From an uncultured delta proteobacterium (GTDB lineage: Bacteria; Myxococcota_A; Polyangia; Polyangiales; Polyangiaceae), in the NCBI GenBank assembly GCA_963696385.1, contig CAVOKF010000008.1, forward strand, positions 512,001 to 576,000: a DNA stretch of 64,000 nt, given 5' to 3'. The translations under genes and the position numbers were made by a program. Position 1 is the stretch's first letter, and the number at the start of each line of letters is the position of its first letter. Below are positions 31,056-41,452 of the stretch, in pieces. Below the pieces are notes generated by a model. It ran no database searches. It had not been told where the DNA came from and was given only the letters and a program-made list of their open reading frames with translations.

Positions 31056-31966
31056 AGCGCCTTGGAGAGCGTGCGCGGGCGTGCGCCGACGTGCGACGGT
31101 TTTTCGACGCACGAGGGTTCATCGAGGTGCAGACGCCGGTCGTGGTGCCGTCGCCGGGCTTGGATCTGCATCTCGACGCCTTCGAGATCGCCGGCGGCGA
31201 CCGCGGCGCGGCCCGATGGCTCAACACGTCGCCCGAGTACCAGATGAAGCGGTTGCTCGCCGACGGCTGGCCGCGCATCTACCAGATGACACCCTGCTTT
31301 CGACGAGGCGAGAGGGGCGCGCGGCATAACCCCGAATTCACGATGCTCGAGTGGTACCGCGCCGGGGCCGACGTGACCGACGTCATGCGGGATACCGAGC
31401 AGCTCGTCGCCGCCGTGACCGGCGGCATCGTCCGACTGCCGCATCGCGCGATCGACGTGCACCCGCCTGTGGACCGATTGCCGGTATGCGAAGCCTTCGC
31501 GCGCTTTGCGGGCTGGTCGCGCGACGAGACGCTCGCGGCGGCTCTGCACGATGAAGATCGCTACTTCCGGGCGTGGGTCGATCGCGTCGAGCCCGCTCTC
31601 GAACGGCTCGATCGCGCCGTATTTCTCATCGACTATCCGGGGTCGCAAGCGTCGCTCGCGCGGAAGAAACCCGAGGATCCGGCCGTCGCCGAACGGTTCG
31701 AGCTCTACGTCGCGGGCGTCGAGCTCTGCAACGGCTTCGGCGAACTGATTGACCCCGTCGAGCAGCGTGAGCGGCTGGTGCGCGACCGAGAGGCACGACG
31801 GGATCGAGGACTGCCGGTGTATCCCCTCGACGAGCGATTCCTGCGCTCGCTCGACCGAATGCCGGCGAGCGCAGGCAACGCGCTCGGGCTCGATCGGCTC
31901 GTGGCGCTGGCGTGCGGAACGACCGACATTGCCGACGTCCTGGCCTTCACGGCCGACGAAGTGTGA
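31052..31966 (+). CDS. epmA: EF-P lysine aminoacylase EpmA/GenX
   Basis: GFIEVQTP, LNTSPEYQMKRLL, HNPEFTMLEWYR, ERFELY, ELCNGFGEL, ALGLDRL; no anticodon-binding domain. Confidence 0.93.
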   Translation: MKRLGERARACADVRRFFDARGFIEVQTPVVVPSPGLDLHLDAFEIAGGDRGAARWLNTSPEYQMKRLLADGWPRIYQMTPCFRRGERGARHNPEFTMLEWYRAGADVTDVMRDTEQLVAAVTGGIVRLPHRAIDVHPPVDRLPVCEAFARFAGWSRDETLAAALHDEDRYFRAWVDRVEPALERLDRAVFLIDYPGSQASLARKKPEDPAVAERFELYVAGVELCNGFGELIDPVEQRERLVRDREARRDRGLPVYPLDERFLRSLDRMPASAGNALGLDRLVALACGTTDIADVLAFTADEV

Positions 31967-31998
31967 TCGGATGAAGGCGTGCGGGGGGGAACGGGGAT

Positions 31999-32532
31999 CT
32001 AGGCCGGACGCGAAGGGCGAATCGATGGCAACCCGTGCCCGCCCGCCAGCTCGACGGCTTCCGCGAGGGAAGGCAATACGAGCGTCTGGATGGCCCGCTT
32101 GAGGTGCAGCGGGTGAGTCGGTAGCGCGTAGACGACACAGCGGTTGTAGATGCCGGCGCTCGCCCGGGCGAGCATCGCCGCCGAGCCCACTTTGAATTCG
32201 TCACGAAGCATCCCCCGGTACGCGTCGCCGAACCCCTCGACGTGTCGCTCGAACAACGCGTCGAGCGCGTCGCAGGTCGTGTCACGGGGCCCGATTCCGA
32301 CCCCGCCGATCATCAGAATGGCATCGGCTTCGTTGTCGTTCGACACGTGGGATACGAGCTGGCGGATGTATTCCGGCTCGCCCCGCACGACGACGCTTCG
32401 AACGAGCGTGAAATGGCCCGCGCTCACTTCGTCGACCGCCATCTTTGCCGCCTCGTCCGCGGCGCGGGACCGAAGCGTCGCCACGGCAGCGACCATCACG
32501 CGCGGCACGGTTCGTTCGACCGTCATATTCAC
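31999..32532 (-). CDS. MogA/MoaB-like molybdopterin-binding protein
   Basis: DAILMIGGVGIGPRDTT, GFGDAYR, AMLARASAGI, YALP. Confidence 0.85.
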   Translation of the reverse strand: MNMTVERTVPRVMVAAVATLRSRAADEAAKMAVDEVSAGHFTLVRSVVVRGEPEYIRQLVSHVSNDNEADAILMIGGVGIGPRDTTCDALDALFERHVEGFGDAYRGMLRDEFKVGSAAMLARASAGIYNRCVVYALPTHPLHLKRAIQTLVLPSLAEAVELAGGHGLPSIRPSRPA

Positions 32533-32562
32533 GATAATCGGGCCGGATCACGACAATGTCCA

Positions 32563-34389
32563 TCACAGTTCGTCGTCGATCTCGATTCCCACGGCTCGCA
32601 TGAGACGCAACGCATTGGAACTTCGTACGACGCCCGGGCGCAGGGCGTAATCGAACGACATTTGGGTCCCGTCGACTTGCTCTTCGAAGTGGACATTCTC
32701 GACGCGCCCCGGCAGATCGCGCTCGAGGGCGGTGATCCCGAGATCGTGGGTGGACACGGCGCCCAGGGCACGGTGCGCCAATAGGTCGCGCACGACCGCA
32801 CCGGCGCCGCGCACGCGCTCTCGGGAATTGGTGCCGTGAAGGACTTCGTCGAGCAGGAAAAAAACGGCGACGCCGTCGCGCTGCCGCGCCAGATCGACGA
32901 TCCGCTTGAGGCGCAGGACCTCGGCGTAAAAGTGCGACACTCCCTGCGACAGCGAGTCTTCGAGACGCATGCTCGTCGCGATGCGCATGGGGCCGATGCG
33001 CATCGAGCGAGCGCACACCGGGGCGCCCGCGCACGCGAGTACGGCGTTGATGCCCATGGCCCGGAGCAGCGTGCTTTTTCCGGACATGTTCGAGCCGGTG
33101 ACGACCAGCGCGCGGCCGGCCTCGGGCAACCGAACGTCGTTGCCCACACGGCGACCGGCGGGGATCAGCGGATGACCCAAGGAACGCGCCTCGAACATCG
33201 GCTCGGCCGTCGTTTCCGGCCAGGCAAAGTCGGGGTGCTCGAACGCGAACGCGGCGAGGCTCGCCAACGCCTCGATCTCGCCCAACGCATCGAGCCAACC
33301 GCGCAGGCGCGGGCCGACGCGCGCACGCCAGCGCAGCAGCGCCACCGCGCAATGCACGTCCCACATGAGCAGCGGACCGATCACGAACCGGAACACTTCG
33401 TTGCGACGCGCGTCGACAAAGCCGACGATGCGCTCGAGCGCCGCCATTTCGGCGCTCGCGGAAGGCCCCGGACCGGCCAGCCGGCCGCGCAAATTCAGCA
33501 AAAGCGGCGCCTCGAATCGCTCGCGTTCGACCGTCGCCAACGTGGCACGCCAGCGCGTAGCCAACGATTCGCGCGCCGACACGGTGGCGAGAAGCGCGTT
33601 GAGTCGGGAACCAAGGGCCAGGGCCAAGGCCATTTCCGCGAGCACCGCCACCGTGAGGGTGCTGGAGGCCACGTGCGCGCTCGCCCCCAGCGCAAAGCCG
33701 ACGCCCAGCAGCGCCGGAACGACCCACGCCAGCCCAACCACCGCCGGGTGGATCTCGCCCCCGGTTCCCTCCGCCCACCGAATCAGCGGCAAAGGATCGG
33801 GCTTTTCGTCCGACAGGACCCCTGCGGCCGTAGCCAGGGCCTCTCGGAGCGCCACCCGGGGAGCGAGCTCACGCGCCGCGTTGCCCCGGGCGATCGCATC
33901 GTTCGGCCAGTCCCCGGGACTTTGCAACGAAAGGAGTGCGGCGAGTCGCTCTTGGCCGAAGCGCGTCTCGGTCGCATCCACCACCTGCATCAGCGAGGCC
34001 CGCCCGAAGACGTCGAGATCGTGGGTGAAAGGGTGATCGGCGGCGCGAAACCGGTCGCTGTCCGACGGCAGAGCGTCCCAGGCCAGGGCGAGCCGGCAAA
34101 GGCCCCGATCGTGAAAGCGCGCCGCGGCGAGCGCCCGCTCTTTGGCCTTTTCGGTCTGGGCATGCACCACCACGAGGGTCACGAAAACGAGCGCCAACGC
34201 ACCGAGCGCATCCCATGCCCAGGCGCCCTGGCGCCCCCACACGACGCTCGCGATCAGCGCGAGGGCGGCCGCCGCCACCGACAATCGTGCCGCCCCGAGC
34301 GCTTTCTCCCGCGACTCGAGGGCGGTGGCCGCTCGGACGTGGCTTTCCCGACCGCGTTCGTACGTGGTCCGAGCGTCGGGTTCGGTCAT
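32563..34389 (-). CDS. Membrane-anchored MutS-related protein (MutS domain V ATPase)
   Basis: N-terminal TM helices, DLDVFG, TGSNMSGKST, SHFYAE, LLDEVLHGTNSRER, STHDL, NALRLM. Confidence 0.92.
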   Translation of the reverse strand: MTEPDARTTYERGRESHVRAATALESREKALGAARLSVAAAALALIASVVWGRQGAWAWDALGALALVFVTLVVVHAQTEKAKERALAAARFHDRGLCRLALAWDALPSDSDRFRAADHPFTHDLDVFGRASLMQVVDATETRFGQERLAALLSLQSPGDWPNDAIARGNAARELAPRVALREALATAAGVLSDEKPDPLPLIRWAEGTGGEIHPAVVGLAWVVPALLGVGFALGASAHVASSTLTVAVLAEMALALALGSRLNALLATVSARESLATRWRATLATVERERFEAPLLLNLRGRLAGPGPSASAEMAALERIVGFVDARRNEVFRFVIGPLLMWDVHCAVALLRWRARVGPRLRGWLDALGEIEALASLAAFAFEHPDFAWPETTAEPMFEARSLGHPLIPAGRRVGNDVRLPEAGRALVVTGSNMSGKSTLLRAMGINAVLACAGAPVCARSMRIGPMRIATSMRLEDSLSQGVSHFYAEVLRLKRIVDLARQRDGVAVFFLLDEVLHGTNSRERVRGAGAVVRDLLAHRALGAVSTHDLGITALERDLPGRVENVHFEEQVDGTQMSFDYALRPGVVRSSNALRLMRAVGIEIDDEL

Positions 34390-34655
34390 GCCGCGCGAGA
34401 GGCGCGACGCGAGGAGATGCGAGCGGGAGGTGCAGCCGGAAGAAGAGCAATCGCAACCGCAAGGCCCGACATGGTCAGCCGAGCCTCGCAGGTCCCGCGG
34501 ATTTCCACCAGCCCACCGGCCCGCAGCCGCCGCATGGACGCTCGCACCTGGGAAGCCGTTCCGCCCACACGTAAGGCGAGCGCGTCGTCTGCCGCCGCCT
34601 CGCGGCGCCGCGCCAGCCGCAACATCGCGCGAAGTATATTTGCGTCGATACTCAT
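34386..34655 (-). CDS. Small hypothetical protein, winged-helix-like
   Basis: LALRVGGTASQVRASMRRLRAGGLVE...RLTMSG; ATGA overlap with the MutS-related gene. Confidence 0.65.
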   Translation of the reverse strand: MSIDANILRAMLRLARRREAAADDALALRVGGTASQVRASMRRLRAGGLVEIRGTCEARLTMSGLAVAIALLPAAPPARISSRRASRAA

Positions 34656-34791
34656 GAGCGTCCTCATAGTCCGATACTGAACACACGTCCAGAAACCCAC
34701 CCAAACCGAACGCCCGAATGGGGCCCCTGAGCCGCGACACTGCGCGGCCGAACGGAACCCGAAGCGAACGGCGAAGCGCTCATGGTATGCC

Positions 34792-35589
34792 GTGGCCCCT
34801 ATGCCCGAGCGACTGCTGGTGTTGCTCTCGAACGACGATGGATACGCGAGTCCTGGCATTGGCGCAGCGCGCGCCGCGCTGGTGGCCGCCGGTGCCGAGG
34901 TCGTTACATTGGCCCCGGAGTCCGAACAGAGTGCGTCGAGTCACTCGCTCAGCCTACACCGTCCGCTCCGCTTGCGCGCAGTGAGTGCGGGGGTCTTCGC
35001 GCTCGACGGCACCCCGGCCGACTGCGTTTATCTCGCACTCCATGCCGGGACCCGCGTCTTGCCGCGACGGCCGGATCTGGTGGTCGCGGGCGTCAACCAC
35101 GGGATGAACCTCGGCCAGGACGCATTCTATTCCGGCACGATTGCCGCGGCGCGCGAGGGGGCTCTGCGCGGAATTCCAGCGCTGGCGGTGAGCGCGCATC
35201 CTTCTGTCGATCTCGACGTCGCGGCCGAATTCAGCGCACGGGTCGCCCTCGCCCTTTCGCGCGTCGCGCTCGGACGCGGCCTGCTGCTCAATCTGAACAT
35301 CCCGCCCGAGTGGAATGGCACCCTGCGCGCCACCCGGCTCGGATCGCGCATTTACGACGAGGTGACGGACTTCCGGGTCGACCCTCGCCAACGCGAGTAC
35401 GTCTGGCTCGGGGGCCCGGGCGTTCGGCACGAGCGCGACGCAGGATCCGACACCGACGCCTACGACGAGGGGGTTGCTTCCTTGACTCCGCTTCTGCTCG
35501 ACCTGACCCACACGGTGGACGTGCCCATGGTCGCATCGCTGATCGAGCAGATCCCATCGATCGTGCCGATTCCACCCCGGACCGGGTGA
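34792..35589 (+). CDS. surE: 5'/3'-nucleotidase SurE
   Basis: LLSNDDG, APESEQSASSHS, GTPADCV, GVNHGMNLG, YSGT, NLNIP. The start may be ATG 34801. Confidence 0.95.
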   Translation: MAPMPERLLVLLSNDDGYASPGIGAARAALVAAGAEVVTLAPESEQSASSHSLSLHRPLRLRAVSAGVFALDGTPADCVYLALHAGTRVLPRRPDLVVAGVNHGMNLGQDAFYSGTIAAAREGALRGIPALAVSAHPSVDLDVAAEFSARVALALSRVALGRGLLLNLNIPPEWNGTLRATRLGSRIYDEVTDFRVDPRQREYVWLGGPGVRHERDAGSDTDAYDEGVASLTPLLLDLTHTVDVPMVASLIEQIPSIVPIPPRTG

Positions 35590-35609
35590 GGCGGCGGGAG
35601 GAGCAGACC

Positions 35610-36281
35610 ATGGCGTCCAAGAAGCAACGGATCCCTCGACGGGCAGCGCGCCCCGCCGCCGGCGGCGCAAAGCGAACCGGCGGCGCGAAGCGAGCGAAGA
35701 AATCGAAGAGGGCGCCCCGCCCCCTATCCCCCACCCTTCCGCTCGTAGCGCGCCCCATCGCGAGCTTCGACTACTGCCGCTCCCTCATCCGCGACGTTCC
35801 CGATTTTCCGACCCCCGGCATCGTCTTCAAGGACATCACACCTCTTTTGGCGAGCCCGCGCGCCTTGCACATCGTGCTCGACGGGATCGCCGAACGCTTC
35901 ATCGGCGAGCACATCGATGTCATCGTCGGCATCGAAGCCCGTGGCTTCATCTTTGGAGGCGCGCTCGCGGCCCGCCTCAACGCGAGCTTCGTCCCAGCGC
36001 GCAAGCCCGGCAAGTTGCCCGCGGCCGTCGACCATGTCGACATCGTCACCGAGTACAGTCGGGACGCTCTCGAAATGCACAAGAAGAGCATGCCGGAGGG
36101 TGCACGCGTGCTCGTGGTCGACGACGTTCTGGCCACCGGGGGCACGGCCGGCGCCGCGGCCGAGCTCGTGCACAAGCAGGGCGGCTACGTGATCGGATAC
36201 GCCTTCGTCGTGGAGCTCTCCGCGCTGGGAGGACGAGAGCGCCTGCTGCCGCTGCGCGTCGAGAGCTGCATCCCGTATTGA
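35610..36281 (+). CDS. apt: Adenine phosphoribosyltransferase with basic N-terminal extension
   Basis: IRDVPDFPTPGIVFKDITPLL, GIEARGF, RKPGKLP, VVDDVLATGGT. Confidence 0.95.
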   Translation: MASKKQRIPRRAARPAAGGAKRTGGAKRAKKSKRAPRPLSPTLPLVARPIASFDYCRSLIRDVPDFPTPGIVFKDITPLLASPRALHIVLDGIAERFIGEHIDVIVGIEARGFIFGGALAARLNASFVPARKPGKLPAAVDHVDIVTEYSRDALEMHKKSMPEGARVLVVDDVLATGGTAGAAAELVHKQGGYVIGYAFVVELSALGGRERLLPLRVESCIPY

Positions 36282-36355
36282 GGTTGGGGGGCAGAAGGGC
36301 CGGCGGGACGTGTCCGATGGCGCGAGGTGCGCAATCTGACCCTATTAGTGGTCAA

Positions 36356-36769
36356 ATGAAGTCTGTCGCTGTGTCCGAGTTCAAGTCGCACTGCCTCTCT
36401 CTTCTCGAGGACGTGGCTCGGACGGGTGAACCGCTGCTCGTCACAAAACGGGGCCGACCTCTCGCGCGGATCACCCCGAGCGGAAACATCGCGGTCGCCC
36501 GACCCCAAGACACGCTCCGCGGGAGCGTCTCCTACGAGGGGGACTTGCTCGCGCCCGTCCTGCCGCCTGAAGCCTGGAACGCCGTGCGCGGCATCGTGCT
36601 TCCCGACGACGAGGGAAGGCGCGATGGTCGCGGTCGCGGTCGCGGTCGCGGTCGCGGGTCGAGGTCGGGGTCGGGATCGAGGTCGGGGTCGGGATCGAGA
36701 TCGAGGTCGGGGTCGGGATCGGGATCGAGGTCGCGGTCGCGGTCGGGGTCGGGGTCGAGATCGGGGTAA
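36356..36769 (+). CDS. Phd/YefM family antitoxin with repeat-derived G/R/S tail
   Basis: VAVSEFKSHCLSLLEDV...EPLLVTKRGRPLARITP. Confidence 0.85.
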   Translation: MKSVAVSEFKSHCLSLLEDVARTGEPLLVTKRGRPLARITPSGNIAVARPQDTLRGSVSYEGDLLAPVLPPEAWNAVRGIVLPDDEGRRDGRGRGRGRGRGSRSGSGSRSGSGSRSRSGSGSGSRSRSRSGSGSRSG

Positions 36770-36793
36770 GGTCGGGGTCGTCGCGGTCGGGAT
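36625..36793. repeat. Hexamer repeat (GCGGTC/GGGGTC/GAGGTC/GGGATC) at a convergent junction
   Basis: Period-6 repeat directly visible. Confidence 0.92.
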
Positions 36794-37606
36794 TCAGTGT
36801 AGGGCGGCGCGCTGTCGCGCTACGTTGACGGGCGGGGCCCCGAGCTCTTCGGCGTGATCGAGGGCCCGCTTCGCCTCGTCGGTTCGACCCAGCTTCGAGA
36901 GCGCCCACGCGCGGCCGAGCTCAGCCGGAGCAAAACGCGGCCGGCGTATGAGCAGCTCGTCGTACGCGTGGAGCGCCGCTTGTGCGTCCCCTCGCGTGAG
37001 CGCGACGGTCGCCAGGCCCAGCCACCCCTCGGGAGCACCCGGATCGGCTGCAGCCGCCTCGCGGTACGCTTGCTCGGCGCGATCGAAGTCGGCAAGGTTC
37101 AAGCGGACCAGGCCCAAAGTGTGCCAGGTTTCGGCATCGCGCGCGCCGCGGCGTACGGCCTCATCCAGTCGCGACGCCGCCTGCTCGGCTTCCCCCCAGT
37201 GCGCGCATCGAAGACCGCCTTCGCGAGGCCCGTCCGGCCGCAACGGAGCGACCGCCGCCGCGCGGTCGTAGGCCTCGAGCGCTTCGTCGTATCGATGGGC
37301 GAGTTCGAGCGCGTGCCCGAGCTCGATGTAGGGCGACGGATCGGCGACCGGCAACCGCTCGGCGAGATGTTCCACCTCGGCGCGGGCGCCGAGCATGTCG
37401 CCGGTCAGCGCCAGCACGCGCACCAGCAGTCGGCGCGCAGCGATGTCCTCCGGGTGAGCGCGCAGCCGGTCTCGGAGCGCCCGGACGGCCTCGTCCTCGC
37501 GATGCCGGCGCACGAGCGACTGGGCGGTCTCGGTCGCGCTGGGGTGCGCGCAGCCTGCCCCGAGGGCGAGTGCGAGCCAAAGCATGGTATGCCGCGGCGC
37601 GACCAT
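36794..37606 (-). CDS. TPR lipoprotein
   Basis: Lipobox GAGC followed by tandem TPRs (YIELGHAL, WHTLGLVRL, WLGLATV). Confidence 0.85.
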   Translation of the reverse strand: MVAPRHTMLWLALALGAGCAHPSATETAQSLVRRHREDEAVRALRDRLRAHPEDIAARRLLVRVLALTGDMLGARAEVEHLAERLPVADPSPYIELGHALELAHRYDEALEAYDRAAAVAPLRPDGPREGGLRCAHWGEAEQAASRLDEAVRRGARDAETWHTLGLVRLNLADFDRAEQAYREAAAADPGAPEGWLGLATVALTRGDAQAALHAYDELLIRRPRFAPAELGRAWALSKLGRTDEAKRALDHAEELGAPPVNVARQRAALH

Positions 37607-37620
37607 CGGGAGATCCGGGG

Positions 37621-38499
37621 ATGATGGCACAAGCCGACGAAATCAAGACACTCGGGGTATTGGGCGCCGGGCAAATGGGAACCGGCATCGCGCAGGTGGC
37701 GGCGACCCACGCCATCCAGGTCGTGCTGGCCGACGCCACGCTTCCGGCCGCGGACCGGGCGAAGGAAGCGATCGCGACCGCGCTCGAGAGGCAAGTGCAC
37801 AAGGGCAAGATGACGGGCCACGCCAAGGACGCCGCGCTCGACCGCATCCGCACGGCAAGCGGGAGCGCGGGCTTCGCCTCGTGCGATTTCATCGTCGAGG
37901 CCGCGACCGAGCGCCTCGACATCAAGATCGCCCTGCTTCGGGAGTGCGATCGCGTCCTGCCACCGGGCAAATGGATCGCGAGCAACACATCGAGCCTGTC
38001 GCTCACGCAGCTTGCGGCCGCGACGTCGCGTCCCAGTCGGGTGATCGGCATGCATTTCATGAATCCGCCGCCATTGATGAAGCTCGTCGAGATCGTTCGC
38101 GGCGTTCAGACGAGCGACGAGACGTACGCGGTCACCAAGGCCCTGGCCGATCGACTGGACAAGACGACGATCGTCAGCCGCGACTCGCCGGGATTTCTGG
38201 TCAATCGCGTGCTCATCCCCATGCTTTGCGAGGCGTGCTTTGCGCTGCAAGAGGGCGTCGGAACGCCGGAGGACATCGACCGCGCCGCCAAGCTTGGCCT
38301 CAATCACCCGATGGGACCGCTCGAATTGAGCGACCTCATCGGACTCGACACGGTCCTGTCGATCGCGGAAGTGCTGCATCGCGACATCGGCGACGACAAG
38401 TACCGCCCCCCCACTCTGCTTCGCAATCTGGTGGCAGCCGGCTGGCTCGGACGAAAGACCGGACGCGGTTTTTACTCCTACGACGGCACAGCCGGGTGA
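37621..38499 (+). CDS. 3-hydroxybutyryl-CoA (3-hydroxyacyl-CoA) dehydrogenase
   Basis: GAGQMGTGIA, EAATE, ASNTSS, GMHFMNP, PGFLVNR, HPMGPL, GRKTGRGFY. Confidence 0.95.
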   Translation: MMAQADEIKTLGVLGAGQMGTGIAQVAATHAIQVVLADATLPAADRAKEAIATALERQVHKGKMTGHAKDAALDRIRTASGSAGFASCDFIVEAATERLDIKIALLRECDRVLPPGKWIASNTSSLSLTQLAAATSRPSRVIGMHFMNPPPLMKLVEIVRGVQTSDETYAVTKALADRLDKTTIVSRDSPGFLVNRVLIPMLCEACFALQEGVGTPEDIDRAAKLGLNHPMGPLELSDLIGLDTVLSIAEVLHRDIGDDKYRPPTLLRNLVAAGWLGRKTGRGFYSYDGTAG

Positions 38500-38514
38500 G
38501 GATACGGGTCCACC

Positions 38515-39291
38515 ATGCCTGTCCTCGACGTCGATCGACAAGACCCCATCGCCGTATTCACGCTCAACCGGCCCGACAAGCTCAACGCCCTGAACGAAGA
38601 GGTGTTTCGCGAAATGCTCGAGGCGATCGACGCGATCGACCGGACGCCTGCCGTGCGCGCCGTGATCGTGACGGGCGCCGGCGACAAGGCCTTCGCCGCC
38701 GGCGCCGACATCGCCGCGATGACGGAGATGAGCTCGGCCGAGGCCAAGCGATTCGCCGATCTCGGGCATCGGGTCGGGAGGGCACTCGAGTCCGCCCGGA
38801 TTCCGTTCATCGCGGCGGTGAACGGCTTCGCGCTCGGAGGCGGTTGCGAACTCGCGATGGCGTGCGACTTCATTTACGCGAGCGACAAGGCCAAGATCGG
38901 ACAACCCGAGGTCAACCTGGGCGTCGTGCCGGGTTTCGGCGGAACCCAGCGGCTGTCGCGCCGGGTGGGAGCCGGCCGGGCGCTGGAGCTTTGCATGACC
39001 GGCGAGATTCTCGGGGCCGAAGCGGCGCTCCGCATCGGGTGGGTGGACGCCGTCGTGCCGCACGACCAGCTCCGAGCCCACGCGGAGCGCGTCGCGCGCA
39101 CGATCGCCAGCAAGGCGCCGCTCGCGATTGCGGCGATCAAGCGGACGATTGTCCGCGGTCAAGACGTCGCTCTGTCGACCGCCAACGAGCTCGAGGCGGC
39201 GACCTTCGCGTCTCTCTTCGGCACCCACGATCAGCGCGAAGGAATGCGAGCGTTCGTCGAGAAGCGCCCCCCGCAGTTCACAGGATCGTAA
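38515..39291 (+). CDS. Enoyl-CoA hydratase (crotonase)
   Basis: LNRPDKLNAL, FAAGADI, NGFALGGGCELAMACD, GQPEVNLG..PGFGGTQRL. Confidence 0.95.
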   Translation: MPVLDVDRQDPIAVFTLNRPDKLNALNEEVFREMLEAIDAIDRTPAVRAVIVTGAGDKAFAAGADIAAMTEMSSAEAKRFADLGHRVGRALESARIPFIAAVNGFALGGGCELAMACDFIYASDKAKIGQPEVNLGVVPGFGGTQRLSRRVGAGRALELCMTGEILGAEAALRIGWVDAVVPHDQLRAHAERVARTIASKAPLAIAAIKRTIVRGQDVALSTANELEAATFASLFGTHDQREGMRAFVEKRPPQFTGS

Positions 39292-39466
39292 CGGTTGCGA
39301 CGGTCACGTCGCCGAGCCGAGGCCCCCAAGCGCCCCCGGTTGGACGGGTGCCGGCCACGCGCCAGGCGCGTTTCACCCCGGGCGACGCGACGCGAGGTTG
39401 GCGCCACGAGCGGCACGTGGCATCGTCCGCACCGGGCGCGATCGTGGCCCCGGAGAAGCCCATCCG

Positions 39467-41452
39467 TTGGATGCTCGCGCGATCCTCGTCTGCGGCCTTG
39501 GGAGGCTTGGGCAGCACGTCGTCGCGAGTCTGAAGGAGTTCGGCCTGCCGCTCTATGGCTTGGACCTCCGAACCCCCGACGACTCGGACGTCCCGGAGCT
39601 GCGTGCGATGCTCGACTCGTTCGCGATCGGCGACTGCCGGCTGGCGTCGCACCTGCAGAAGGCGGGCGTGGAAACCTGCCGCGCCATCGTGATCGCGACC
39701 GGAGACGAGCGCGTCAACGTGACCGCCGCACTCGCGGCGCGATCGGTCAGCGCCAACGTCCGCATCGTTCTGCGGAGCGACAAGCGCAACTTGAACGAAC
39801 TGCTGCAGCGGCACTTGGGCAACTTCGTGGCCTTTGACCCCACCCTGCTGTCGGCTCCGGCGTTCGCGCTGGGCGCTCTCGGCGGCGAGACGCTCGGCAT
39901 CGTGCGGCTGGACCGCGAGATCGCCCGGGTCCACCGCGTGACGGTGACCGGCGACCACCCCTGGCTCGGGCGCAGGCCGCATCAGCTGAATACGTCGTAT
40001 CGACGCGTGCTCACCACACACCCTGCGGGCTGCATGCCGTGGGCTGGCTTTCACGCGTTTCCCTCCGACGAGCCCCTCGGCGTGGACGACGTCGTCACGT
40101 GCGTCGAGCTCGGAGCCCATTCGCCCCATTCGGCGCCGCGGTCCGCCGAGGTCGGCTCCGCACTGCCGACTCACTCGTTCGGAACCGGCGAAAGGCGTAA
40201 CGGCCGGAGTCTCGGCAGACTGTGGCGGCAGGCCCCCCAGATCGCTCGGGTGGCGATGTTTTGCTCGGCCGTCCTATGTGCGCTCGGGCTCGGCGTGATC
40301 GCCTCGTACAAGATGATCTATCCGGATGTCGGGTTCCACGATGCCGCCAACGTCGCCGTCGTGCTGCTGCTTGGCGGTTACGACAACCTGTTCGGGCAAC
40401 TCAAGCTGCCCTTCCCCATCCCCGTTTGGCTTCACGCCTTCAGCGTGCTCGTCAGCGTCTCGGGAACGGTGGGCATCGGCGTCGTGTATGCGTTCTTGAC
40501 CGAGCGGGTGCTGTCGGTTCGCTTTCCGTTCTTCTTGCACCGTGCTCGGCTGCCCAGAAACGACCACGTCGTTCTCGTCGGTCTGAGCGCGCTCGGCATC
40601 GAAATCGCAAAAATATTGAGCGGATTGAAGCACTCGGTCGTGGCCATCGGCGAGCAGACCCCGGACCCCAGCGTGACGGCCAGCATCCCTTGCATCCTTG
40701 GAGGCGCCGTGGACTCGCTTTCGCGGGCTCGCATCGCGTCGGCGCGCAGCGCCCTGCTGCTCACCGACGACGACGTGACCAACCTCGAGGCCGCGCTGTC
40801 GGTACGCGCCGCGAATCCCGCTTGTGCTCTCGTCATCCGCACCGACGACGCGCGCTTGCGGGAGAGTGTGGCGCACATGGTGCCTGGAGCGCGTCCACTC
40901 GGCGTGCTGGCGCTTGCCGCCCAGGCCTTCGCGGCCGCCGCGCTGGGCGAAAATGTCCACGAGCTCTTGCAGGTCGACGGCCGAACTCTGCTCGTGACGG
41001 AGTATCGGGTGCAAGCGGGCGACACCCTGAACGCCAAGCTGGTGAGCGACGTGGCCTACGGCTTCGGGGTCCTGCCCCTGCTGCTTCGCCGCCACGAGAC
41101 CGCGGCCGTCGAGTGGCTGGCCCCCGACGACACGCGGCTGCGCGTGCACGACACGCTGGTCGTACTCGCCGCCGTGGAAGGGCTGCGAAATATCGAACAG
41201 GGATCGATCCTGGCTGCCGAGTACCGCGTGCGCGTCGAGGCGAGGCCGTCGCAGCCCGCGGCGTTCGACGCGGCTCTGCTCATGGCGCGGATGTCCGGCT
41301 GCGAAGTGGCCGTCGCCCGAGCCGCGCTCGACCAAGCCCCGGCCCTATTCGACGTCGCGCTCTATCGCCCTCAGGCCGAGCGACTCGCGCGCGAACTCGC
41401 CAAGAACGGCGTCGACGCCCGGGTCACATTCGAAGCGGCCGAGTCGCGATGA
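39467..41452 (+). CDS. TrkA-N/RCK-domain channel-like membrane protein
   Basis: Two Rossmann motifs ([16 protein letters not shown]) flanking TM-pore-TM ([11 protein letters not shown]). Start uncertain; TTG 39467 inferred. Confidence 0.82.
   Translation: MDARAILVCGLGRLGQHVVASLKEFGLPLYGLDLRTPDDSDVPELRAMLDSFAIGDCRLASHLQKAGVETCRAIVIATGDERVNVTAALAARSVSANVRIVLRSDKRNLNELLQRHLGNFVAFDPTLLSAPAFALGALGGETLGIVRLDREIARVHRVTVTGDHPWLGRRPHQLNTSYRRVLTTHPAGCMPWAGFHAFPSDEPLGVDDVVTCVELGAHSPHSAPRSAEVGSALPTHSFGTGERRNGRSLGRLWRQAPQIARVAMFCSAVLCALGLGVIASYKMIYPDVGFHDAANVAVVLLLGGYDNLFGQLKLPFPIPVWLHAFSVLVSVSGTVGIGVVYAFLTERVLSVRFPFFLHRARLPRNDHVVLVGLSALGIEIAKILSGLKHSVVAIGEQTPDPSVTASIPCILGGAVDSLSRARIASARSALLLTDDDVTNLEAALSVRAANPACALVIRTDDARLRESVAHMVPGARPLGVLALAAQAFAAAALGENVHELLQVDGRTLLVTEYRVQAGDTLNAKLVSDVAYGFGVLPLLLRRHETAAVEWLAPDDTRLRVHDTLVVLAAVEGLRNIEQGSILAAEYRVRVEARPSQPAAFDAALLMARMSGCEVAVARAALDQAPALFDVALYRPQAERLARELAKNGVDARVTFEAAESR

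Noticed and set aside
31052..31966. epmA located away from efp and without epmB
   Set aside because: Dispersal of these genes is common, and the EF-P PGKG motif fits ordinary EpmA modification.
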